Of a stretch of 64,000 nt of DNA, positions 9,798-17,297 are shown piece after piece. The notes beneath the pieces were generated by a model. It was not told the DNA's origin. It saw nothing but the letters and a program-made list of their open reading frames with translations, and made no database searches. A program made the translations under genes and the position numbers. Within the stretch, counting starts at the first letter, position 1; each line of letters opens with the position of its first letter. Source of the DNA: a virus; IMG/VR virus record IMGVR_UViG_3300008050_007409, one strand, 5' to 3'.

Positions 9798-10627
9798 CAG
9801 CTGATCGTCAGGGAGAGGCTGGAGGAGGTGAGGTACTCGCCCTCGTTGTCGGGATCATCCTTCTTTACCCGAACGGTAGCCGGTGAGTCCAGCTCCTCGG
9901 GCACGACGAAGATGAGCACCGTGCCGTCGTCGGAGACCGCCTCGGGCGTGACCTCCTCACCACCGATGGTGACGATGGGGTTGTCCCCGTTGAAGTACGA
10001 GCCCTTGATCGCCACAGAGTCGCCTTCGGAGGCGGTGCTGGGGAGGAGCTCGGAGATGACCGGCGTGACGTTCTCCCAGGCCAGCACGACCACGCTGGTG
10101 GGGTTCTCCTCGGAGAAGTCGTAGCCGCTCTTGGAGAAGCGGGCGTAGTAGCTCCCGGTGGGCAGGTCGAAGGAGACCTCGCCCGACGAGTCCGTGAGCG
10201 CCTTGCCGACCAGGCCGGAGCCGGTGCTGGTGAGGAGCCGGACCAGGACGCCCTCGATGGGGTTCTCCGAAGCATCCTCCACCGTGATCTCCAGAGTGCC
10301 CTCAGCGCCGTAGAGGGTCTGCCCGATCAGGTCCTGGGACTCGTGAGCGACCTGCAGGTGGATCTCGTGGGTGTCGTTGTCCACCAGGCGGAGGTAGGTC
10401 AGGCCAACCTCCGAGGGGGTCACGACGAGCTCGTAGTACCCGGGGAGATCCGAGTCATCGACTTCGGCCAGGGTCAGCGAGAGGTCTGTCTCTGGGTCCG
10501 AGCTCAGGGCGCCAGCAACCGCGGCGGAGATGGTGAAGTCTCCGATCACCAAGCCGGTCGTGTCCGACGAATCGATGATGGGGATGCGGAGCTGCCGTCC
10601 CTTGACGGCCTGGTAGATGTTCGGCAT
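9797..10627 (-). CDS. Virion protein with carboxypeptidase-regulatory-like and IPT/TIG domains
   Basis: PIEGVLVRL...TDSSGEVSFDLPTGSYYARFSKSGY followed by PVISELLPSTASEGDSVAIKGSYF. Confidence 0.7.
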   Translation of the reverse strand: MPNIYQAVKGRQLRIPIIDSSDTTGLVIGDFTISAAVAGALSSDPETDLSLTLAEVDDSDLPGYYELVVTPSEVGLTYLRLVDNDTHEIHLQVAHESQDLIGQTLYGAEGTLEITVEDASENPIEGVLVRLLTSTGSGLVGKALTDSSGEVSFDLPTGSYYARFSKSGYDFSEENPTSVVVLAWENVTPVISELLPSTASEGDSVAIKGSYFNGDNPIVTIGGEEVTPEAVSDDGTVLIFVVPEELDSPATVRVKKDDPDNEGEYLTSSSLSLTIS

Positions 10628-10630
10628 GGA

Positions 10631-10783
10631 TCAACCGGCCTTGACGACGGCGAAGGCATCCTTCTTGTCGCCCACGAGGGTGAGGAGGTTGGCCGAGGGC
10701 TGCTTGGGCAGGACCCCTCCGCCGTCCTGGTAGCTGTCGAGGGCTGAACCTCCGCCTGCGCTGCTTCCGCTGATCTGATCCAT
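10631..10783 (-). CDS. Small hypothetical protein (50 aa)
   Basis: ATG 10783 overlaps the upstream stop: MDQISGSSAGGG...AVVKAG. Confidence 0.5.
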   Translation of the reverse strand: MDQISGSSAGGGSALDSYQDGGGVLPKQPSANLLTLVGDKKDAFAVVKAG

Positions 10784-10983
10784 CAGACATCCACTCCCAA
10801 CGTGGCGAGGTAGTCGTTGGCCTCGTCTATGGCCTGCTGGGTGGTGTTCTCGCTGGCCTCCGTCGACGCGGTCTTGATGCGCTGGAGCTGCTCGACCCGT
10901 GAGTCGACCTCGGCGCACTTGGCGTCGAAGACCTCCTTGACCGCGTCCTTGACCGCCTGAGCCTGAGTCGCCACGTCGCTCAT
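10783..10983 (-). CDS. Small coiled-coil hypothetical protein
   Basis: 66 aa, ATGA coupling. Confidence 0.6.
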   Translation of the reverse strand: MSDVATQAQAVKDAVKEVFDAKCAEVDSRVEQLQRIKTASTEASENTTQQAIDEANDYLATLGVDV

Positions 10984-11732
10984 GTCAGACCTCGCTTCTT
11001 CATCTTGTCGTCGATGCTCTTGCGGAGCCGGCTCACCTTCGGGCCCGAGACGTTCATCCGCCTGGCGATATCCTTGGCCGGGAGCTTGGGCTTGCCGTTG
11101 ACGCCCAGGGTGTACTCGTAGACCACGCGCTCCTGCATGGTCAGATCATGGTAGATGTAGCGCAGGATGTCCCGCTCCTCGCTCTCGAACAACGAGGGAA
11201 GCTGATCAGGCTCCGGCGTCATGGAGGCGATCCGGTCCTGGCGGAGCTCGGTCTCCATGCGACCCACCTCGGCCACGCTCCAGGTGTACTTCGGGTTGTG
11301 GGCCTGCAGCGCCTCCGACAGGGTTACAGCGTCCGGAGGATGGCCGAGCTGTTCGGTCAGATCCGCCCTGACTTCCTTGAAGGGGGTGATCTGGAGGGCA
11401 CGGCCTTCGGGGATCCGCCCGAAGTTCTGGTGCTCGATGGTGAAGGACCGGAGCTTGCGCAGCTGCCAGTTCACCCAGGTGCGCACTCCGGCGCCCTTCT
11501 CGTTGTCCGGGTCGTAGGTCTGGAGACCCTTGAGGGCCAGCATCCGACCCTTGGATCGAAGCGCCTGCTCCGGGACCACGAAGTTCTTGGTCTTCGAGAA
11601 CTCGCTGACCTTCCAGTCGACGTCCGGCTCGAACTCCTTCAGGAGAGGCTCGAGGTTCGCCTCCGTCGGATCTGCTTGCCAGGTCTTCCAGAGTTCGAGC
11701 TGCCTCTCCGCATCTGGATTGCGGCGAGCCAT
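10980..11732 (-). CDS. Phage-encoded sigma-70 family RNA polymerase sigma factor
   Basis: Region-2-like LKGLQTYDPDNEKGAGVRTWVNWQL, region-3-like LTEQLGHPPDAVTLSEAL, region-4 HTH LTMQERVV...AKDIARRMNVSGPKVSRL. Confidence 0.85.
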   Translation of the reverse strand: MARRNPDAERQLELWKTWQADPTEANLEPLLKEFEPDVDWKVSEFSKTKNFVVPEQALRSKGRMLALKGLQTYDPDNEKGAGVRTWVNWQLRKLRSFTIEHQNFGRIPEGRALQITPFKEVRADLTEQLGHPPDAVTLSEALQAHNPKYTWSVAEVGRMETELRQDRIASMTPEPDQLPSLFESEERDILRYIYHDLTMQERVVYEYTLGVNGKPKLPAKDIARRMNVSGPKVSRLRKSIDDKMKKRGLT

Positions 11733-11735
11733 TGA

Positions 11736-12278
11736 TCAGTACCCCGGACCGCTGCTTCCGCCACCGTAGCCCTGCTTCTTGTTCTTCTGGATGTCGTAGA
11801 CGCGCTTCCCACCGACAGCGGCTCCCGTGAGGCCGAGGCCGGCGGCGGTGCCGATGGCTACACGGCGGAGGGTGGAGGATCCGCCCTTCTTGTTGGTGGT
11901 GTTGGGGAGATCCACATGGGTGGGCGACTTCCGAGCGGGCTTCCCTTCCAGGATCCGGAGGGCGGAGTCCTGGTTCCCCCGTCCGGTACGGATCGCCTTC
12001 TTGGCCGCATCCCTCTCCACCTGGATCTGGGCCGTGGCCTTGCTGCGGGCCGCCTTCGCTCTGAGCCTGGATGCGTCAGCCATTCGGTGATCATCCGTGA
12101 AGGGCATGAACTTCTTCCACCCTCCCCAGCCAGTCGCGTTCCCTACTCGTTGGTGTTGCTTGGCGGCTCTGTTCGCCTGGGAAACCAGGCGATGTGCCTG
12201 ACGGCTGTAGGCGATCTTCTCCATCTCGGTCCAGAAGGCCTGGGCGATGGCGCGTCCGCGGGTGTCGAAGCTGTTCAT
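11736..12278 (-). CDS. Basic tagged protein, putative virion cargo
   Basis: AFWTEMEKIA; C-terminal Gly-zipper helix RRVAIGTAAGLGLTGAAVGG. Confidence 0.6.
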   Translation of the reverse strand: MNSFDTRGRAIAQAFWTEMEKIAYSRQAHRLVSQANRAAKQHQRVGNATGWGGWKKFMPFTDDHRMADASRLRAKAARSKATAQIQVERDAAKKAIRTGRGNQDSALRILEGKPARKSPTHVDLPNTTNKKGGSSTLRRVAIGTAAGLGLTGAAVGGKRVYDIQKNKKQGYGGGSSGPGY

Positions 12279-12284
12279 GTTGAT

Positions 12285-13430
12285 CTACCTGTAGACGACG
12301 GTGGTTTTGTTGCCAGCTGCCAGACCAGCGCCGCCTGCCAGCATGGTGCCGGCACCGCCCATCGCCCCCATGACGTTGGTGCGCTGATGCCTATTGAGGC
12401 CTCCCCACCACATCCCCATACGGGACTGACCCTGCTGCATGGGACCTTGGATGGGGGCTCCTCCCAACCCGAAATGGCGCTGGGCCCACGGCTGCTCTGC
12501 GGCGACTGGCGGTGCTCCTGTCGGAGCAACAGGACGACCTGCGGTTGCAGCGGGGTTGACCGGCTGAGCCGGCGCTCCCCCAACCACCGGCTGAGTAGCC
12601 GTGGGGGTCGGAGTCGGCTGAGCTGCCGTGGTGGGGGCAGCCGCGGGCTTGGCTGCGGCCTGCCTGCGAGCGAGCTCGGCTTCGATCTTCTTCTTCCGAT
12701 CTGCCTTCCGCTGACTCTTGGTCATCTGAGGCTTCTTGGGAGTGGCAGCCTGCGTAGGGGCGGGAGCAGTAGGACGTGCGGCAGTAGGAGTGCCGACGAC
12801 CTTGGGCTGACTCAGGGCAGCCGATGCCGGTCCACGTGATCGGTCGGCGAGCGCAACGGATGCCGGACCCTTCCGCGCTCCGGCCTGGGCTCCCCCGGGA
12901 ACCTGGACCCGTGCTCCAGGTCCGGGACCGGACGGAGGCTTCGGCATCTCGATACGAGCGCGAGGGGTACTGGACAGCGGAGCGGGCTTGGCACCGGTGA
13001 GGTCGATGGTGGGCTTCCGAATCTTGCTGGGGCTCACCCCGCGGTAGGCCGACTGGAACTGAACAGAGGCGTTGTCAGCGACAGCCCGAGCTTTGTTCTG
13101 CACGGTTCGCTTGGCTCGGCCGGCCGCGGCCTGGGCACTGCGTCCGAGGTTCTGAGCACTGCGTCCGGCACCAACCACACCAGTTCCGAGGCCTTCGAGT
13201 CCAGCGGCAGCTCCACGACCTACGGCCCGGCCTCCTCGCGCCAGGTGGCCGAGTCCTCTGGCTACAGTACCTACGAAGGCGATCTTCTCGATCTCATCGT
13301 TGAAGGAGGCCACGGCGAGGTACTCGTTGGCCCCTGCGCGTGCCAACGCCTCGTCAGCAGCCCGGCGGAAGGATGCTGCGGATCCTCGGTGGTCCTGCGC
13401 GATCTTGTTCAGGGCTGAGGCGTGGGTCAT
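12285..13430 (-). CDS. Basic Pro/Ala-rich tagged protein, putative virion cargo
   Basis: ALNKIA and SFNDEIEKIA; long P/A/T low-complexity region; C-terminal Gly-rich helix. Confidence 0.6.
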   Translation of the reverse strand: MTHASALNKIAQDHRGSAASFRRAADEALARAGANEYLAVASFNDEIEKIAFVGTVARGLGHLARGGRAVGRGAAAGLEGLGTGVVGAGRSAQNLGRSAQAAAGRAKRTVQNKARAVADNASVQFQSAYRGVSPSKIRKPTIDLTGAKPAPLSSTPRARIEMPKPPSGPGPGARVQVPGGAQAGARKGPASVALADRSRGPASAALSQPKVVGTPTAARPTAPAPTQAATPKKPQMTKSQRKADRKKKIEAELARRQAAAKPAAAPTTAAQPTPTPTATQPVVGGAPAQPVNPAATAGRPVAPTGAPPVAAEQPWAQRHFGLGGAPIQGPMQQGQSRMGMWWGGLNRHQRTNVMGAMGGAGTMLAGGAGLAAGNKTTVVYR

Positions 13431-15262
13431 GATCTCATCCTATCCGATGGGGGCGTACCCTTCTCGCGGGTAGGCCTCGATCGAAGGATCTTAGCCGCGA
13501 GGGCACCTGTAGCGAAAGGTGCAGCGTATGTCGACCCTGCCGCCAGGAGGCGAGCTGCGGCCCTCCCGAGCTGTCGGTTGCTCGCTCCCATCCGCTTCAT
13601 GTACTGCAGGCCCTTGGCCGTTGCAGTCGCTTCTTCCGCCAGCAGGGGAGCTCCAAGCAGTAGGGAGACCCCTCCGATGCGCTCCGCGAACTTCGCCTTG
13701 GCTTCGATCTCCTCCTTGGTGTGGAAGGATCGATCCGAGGCGCTGTCCAGGACGATCAGGGGAATCACCACAGCAGGGATGCGTGCGATCTCCCCGGCCT
13801 TCCGGGCGGCGGGGGACGCGATGGTCTTGCGGCGGAGCTCCCCGGCAGTCGCATGCCCAAGCTCGTGGGCCAGGTCGGAGGCCCTGGAGGCGGACACGAC
13901 GCCCTTGACCTTCCCTCCCTTGATCTTCTTCGCCAGGGCTCTGGCCTTGGCCTGCGCCTCCGGACTGGCCTCGCTGTGGGTGGACAGCAGCTCAGCGGCC
14001 TCTCCAGACAGGTCTGAGGGGTCGAAGCCTCGGTAGTAGGCCGAGGGCTTCTTGCCGAAGTGGATGCTGTCTCCGGACGAGCCGGCGTTGATCCTCTCCA
14101 GGCCACGATCGGCAGACATCTGATCCAAGGCATCCTGGAGGACCAGGTCCTTTTCCTTGGCCTTCATCGGACTGATGCCCAGCTCCCAGACCAGGGAAGG
14201 GGCTGCGATCACGGCTGCAGCTGCAGCCGTGTGGGCGATGGAGGTGCCCTTCATCATCGGAGGATGGGTCTGGTGCCGCACTTGCTCCCTGGGCACCGGC
14301 AGGCCTCGTGTCCTGAGCTCGTCGTTGACCGCGTAGGTCACGGCCCGTCGAGAGGGGGTCCTCTCCGGATCCGGCCGTTGCTTGAGGAAGCTCTGAAGCC
14401 CCTGGTCAGACACGCCCCGCGCCTGGGATCGGGTGCTCGCGTAGAGCTGCCCGGCAGAGGATGCGGCAGTCAGCTGAGGTTGAGGCTGGTACTCCGAGGA
14501 CTTCTTGGTCATCATCCGAGCTGCCTCGGAGATGGCGACCGCGCCGATCACTCCAGCAGCGGCACGTCCGGCAGCGGCGCCACCGATCCCCCTCAAAGCC
14601 TTCCCGGCGTTGGGCCCCTTCAACGACTTCAGGGTCTTCTTGGCCCCGTCCTCGACGACCTTCTCGATGGCTCCCTTGGGGGCTCCGATCCCTGCTCCGA
14701 TCAAGGCCGGCACTGCTACCCGGTCCTTCCAAGAGAGCTTCTTGCCCTTCTTCTGTGCCTTGGCGATGGATCTGGCGGTGATGGCTGCGGACCCCAGGCC
14801 GATGATGCCTCGAGTCCCTCCGATCTTCTTGGCGAGGTCCTTGATCTGAGTGGAGGTGAGCCCCCGACCTCGGTTCTTGATCCCGGCTTCGAGCCCGCCC
14901 TTGATGCCGGAGTAGGCCCCTCCCGCGGCGAGGACCTTGGCTGTCCCTTCCCTCTGACGCCCTTCCTTGAGGTCCTTGATCCCCGAGTAGAACAGAGGCG
15001 TGGTGAGGACGGACGCACCGAGGCGTCCCGAGGCCCTGCCGAAGCCGGACTTCCATGCCTTGGCCTTGACCGCAGGCTTCAGGCCCTTGGAGACCGCGAC
15101 CTCGACCTTCTTGTCGACCCACCCCTTCGGGAAGTCAGCCGCAGACGTAGCGACGGCCACGGGGGCCGCAGCAAGCATCTGCGCCCCGTAGTTCCGCTTC
15201 TTCGACTTCTCCTGAGCGATCTTGCAGAGCTCGTAGGAGAAGGCCAGTCGCTCCAGGTCCAT
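13427..15262 (-). CDS. Tagged multi-helix protein with C-terminal HExxH zinc metallopeptidase domain
   Basis: AFSYELCKIA; multiple Gly-zipper helices; LAHELGHA...LLAEEATATAKGL...LAAGSTYAA resembles the neutral zinc metallopeptidase family. Confidence 0.7.
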   Translation of the reverse strand: MDLERLAFSYELCKIAQEKSKKRNYGAQMLAAAPVAVATSAADFPKGWVDKKVEVAVSKGLKPAVKAKAWKSGFGRASGRLGASVLTTPLFYSGIKDLKEGRQREGTAKVLAAGGAYSGIKGGLEAGIKNRGRGLTSTQIKDLAKKIGGTRGIIGLGSAAITARSIAKAQKKGKKLSWKDRVAVPALIGAGIGAPKGAIEKVVEDGAKKTLKSLKGPNAGKALRGIGGAAAGRAAAGVIGAVAISEAARMMTKKSSEYQPQPQLTAASSAGQLYASTRSQARGVSDQGLQSFLKQRPDPERTPSRRAVTYAVNDELRTRGLPVPREQVRHQTHPPMMKGTSIAHTAAAAAVIAAPSLVWELGISPMKAKEKDLVLQDALDQMSADRGLERINAGSSGDSIHFGKKPSAYYRGFDPSDLSGEAAELLSTHSEASPEAQAKARALAKKIKGGKVKGVVSASRASDLAHELGHATAGELRRKTIASPAARKAGEIARIPAVVIPLIVLDSASDRSFHTKEEIEAKAKFAERIGGVSLLLGAPLLAEEATATAKGLQYMKRMGASNRQLGRAAARLLAAGSTYAAPFATGALAAKILRSRPTREKGTPPSDRMRS

Positions 15263-15289
15263 GTCCCTACCTCCTGGGAGGAGGCGAGA

Positions 15290-15952
15290 TCAGGCCTCCG
15301 AAACGACGTTGTTCCGGTTCATCAGGGCGACGTTGTCCGCGCCGGCGGCGACGCTCTCCATGTGCGGGGAGGCCGAGTTCTCGTCGATGATGAACGAGCA
15401 GACGTGGGCCCAGGCGGTGACGCCATCGTGCACGGAGTCGGAGGCCTCCAGGGCCGCCTGGATCTCGGTGCTCGACAGGTGCGAGGTCTCGTCCTCGTAG
15501 TCCGTGCTGTCGCCGTTCACGATCAGGACGAGCAGGGCAGCGCCGTCGTCGTCTTCGTCCGCGTCACCGGCTCCATCGCTGTTGCACACGATGAGGGTGC
15601 AGTAGGCGGTCTCGTCCGTGCTGAGCGACAGGGCCGTCGCGGCCGTGCCGTCCTCGTAGATGGCTGCTCCCACGCTGCCGCTGGTGGCCAGGAGGTCGGT
15701 GTTGGTCAGAGCGGAGATCGTCTGCATCAGGCGCCCGCCCAGCATGCAGCGCAGGGCGGTCATGTCGGCGCTGAAGGTGCCCGCCGCGATCGAGGAGCCC
15801 TCGGTGACCACGCCGCCCTCGAGAACCTCGCTCCGCTCACGGAAGGCGTTCACGATCTTCTGGCGGATCAGCTTGAGCTCGTAGCCCCAGCCCTTGCGGG
15901 GGGTCCAGTTGAACAGCTTCTGGAGGGCGTTCTTGCCGGTGGCGAGGCTCAT
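15290..15952 (-). CDS. Acidic virion structural protein (possible head decoration)
   Basis: 220 aa, strong SD AGGAG, own putative promoter; function inferred from context only. Confidence 0.5.
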   Translation of the reverse strand: MSLATGKNALQKLFNWTPRKGWGYELKLIRQKIVNAFRERSEVLEGGVVTEGSSIAAGTFSADMTALRCMLGGRLMQTISALTNTDLLATSGSVGAAIYEDGTAATALSLSTDETAYCTLIVCNSDGAGDADEDDDGAALLVLIVNGDSTDYEDETSHLSSTEIQAALEASDSVHDGVTAWAHVCSFIIDENSASPHMESVAAGADNVALMNRNNVVSEA

Positions 15953-15957
15953 GCGGG

Positions 15958-16025
15958 TGCTCCTGCGGTAGGGTCTTGGCCTTCAGGGGTGATCCCTGTC
16001 CGGACCAGGTTGCCCGAGGAGCATA
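15958..16025 (-). promoter_or_regulatory. Structured leader with -10-like TATGCT and an SD-sequestering stem
   Basis: Minus-strand TGCTCCTCGG pairs with CCG(C)AGGAGCA containing the SD; TATGCT at 16025-16020 overlaps the 5' arm. Confidence 0.45.
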
Positions 16026-16031
16026 GCACTT

Positions 16032-17297
16032 TCACTTCTCCTTGCCCAGGAAGGCGTTGACCAGGCGGAGGCGCTTGGCGCTCCGGATCCGGTGGACCGG
16101 GTTGAGTCCCCGCTTCCGAGGCTTCCTGGGCTTCTCAGCTGCTGTTCTGACCATCCCTCGCTGCTGAGGTACCGGCTTCTTGGGCTTCATCCACTTGTTG
16201 ACCTTGACTGCCCCGTAGGTGCCCGCGCCCAGGACACTCAACCCTCCTGCAGCTCGGAGGGCGTTCATGGGCTGGGCCTTGATGCCTTGGATGATCTGCT
16301 TGACGGCGCTCTCCTTGTCCATGTCGCTGGCCGCTGAGTTCTTGCCTCCGGTGCCCTCCTCCTCGTCCTCGTTCTCCTCCGGCGTCTTGATCCGGTTCTT
16401 CTTGGACTTGGGTGCCTTCTGAGTGATGATCTGCTTGGCCCCACACTTCCGGCAGTGGTTGTCGTCCTCCTGGCAGACGGCTCCGCACTCGAGGCAGTTC
16501 TTCCGGCCTTCTTCGCTGAGGAGATCCTCCGTCTGGATCGTCCCCTCATCGGAGTCGTCAGCGGGGAGACGGGAAGACGCGGCCTTGGACTTCCCCTTCT
16601 TCAGTCGAGACTGGAACTCCTTCTCAGCATCCCGACCCTTCTGGTACTGGACGTGAGCACCTCCCGCACCGATGGCTCCACCCAGCCCCAACTGTGCGTA
16701 CCCGCCCGCCAGCTCCTTCCTGGCACCAGGTAGAACCTGCTTGGCTTGATCTTGGGAGATCCTGTTGGAGCTTGACGTCCTGAGAGGACTGCCGGCCTTC
16801 AGGGCCTTCTCGGCTTGGTCACGTGCCGCGTCGACACTGGCGTTGTCAGACATGTAGCGGAGGTTCTTCTTCTGGGCCTTGGTCAGGCTGACCCCGCCAG
16901 TGGTCTTGGCTGCACGGTTCAGAGTCTTGACAGCCTTCGTCCCTCGGTAGACAGACTCCAAGGGGTATTTCGCCCCACGAACGGCCCCCGATACAGCTCC
17001 GCGAGCCATGCCTCGGACGCCGCCACCGCTCGCCAACCCCTTCCCTGCTCCGATCAGCCCGTGAATGGCGGAAGGAACGACGACAGCCCCACCGACAACA
17101 CCACCGGCAACACCTGCCATCTGCTTCTTCCGATGCGTCTTCCTGCTGAGCCCCTTCCGCTGAGCCTCCTGCCCGTAGCGGCTGGTGTAGGCCCCAAAGG
17201 GATCGATGCCGGCCGCGAAGTCCTTCGCGTACCCTGCCGTCTTGATGATCTCGTCCATCTCCTGCAGCATGGCGAGCTCGATCATCTCAGACATCAC
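16032..17297 (-). CDS. Basic tagged protein with double zinc ribbon, putative virion cargo
   Basis: MLQEMDEIIKTA; Gly-zipper helices; CLECG...CRKCG. Confidence 0.6.
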   Translation of the reverse strand: MMSEMIELAMLQEMDEIIKTAGYAKDFAAGIDPFGAYTSRYGQEAQRKGLSRKTHRKKQMAGVAGGVVGGAVVVPSAIHGLIGAGKGLASGGGVRGMARGAVSGAVRGAKYPLESVYRGTKAVKTLNRAAKTTGGVSLTKAQKKNLRYMSDNASVDAARDQAEKALKAGSPLRTSSSNRISQDQAKQVLPGARKELAGGYAQLGLGGAIGAGGAHVQYQKGRDAEKEFQSRLKKGKSKAASSRLPADDSDEGTIQTEDLLSEEGRKNCLECGAVCQEDDNHCRKCGAKQIITQKAPKSKKNRIKTPEENEDEEEGTGGKNSAASDMDKESAVKQIIQGIKAQPMNALRAAGGLSVLGAGTYGAVKVNKWMKPKKPVPQQRGMVRTAAEKPRKPRKRGLNPVHRIRSAKRLRLVNAFLGKEK

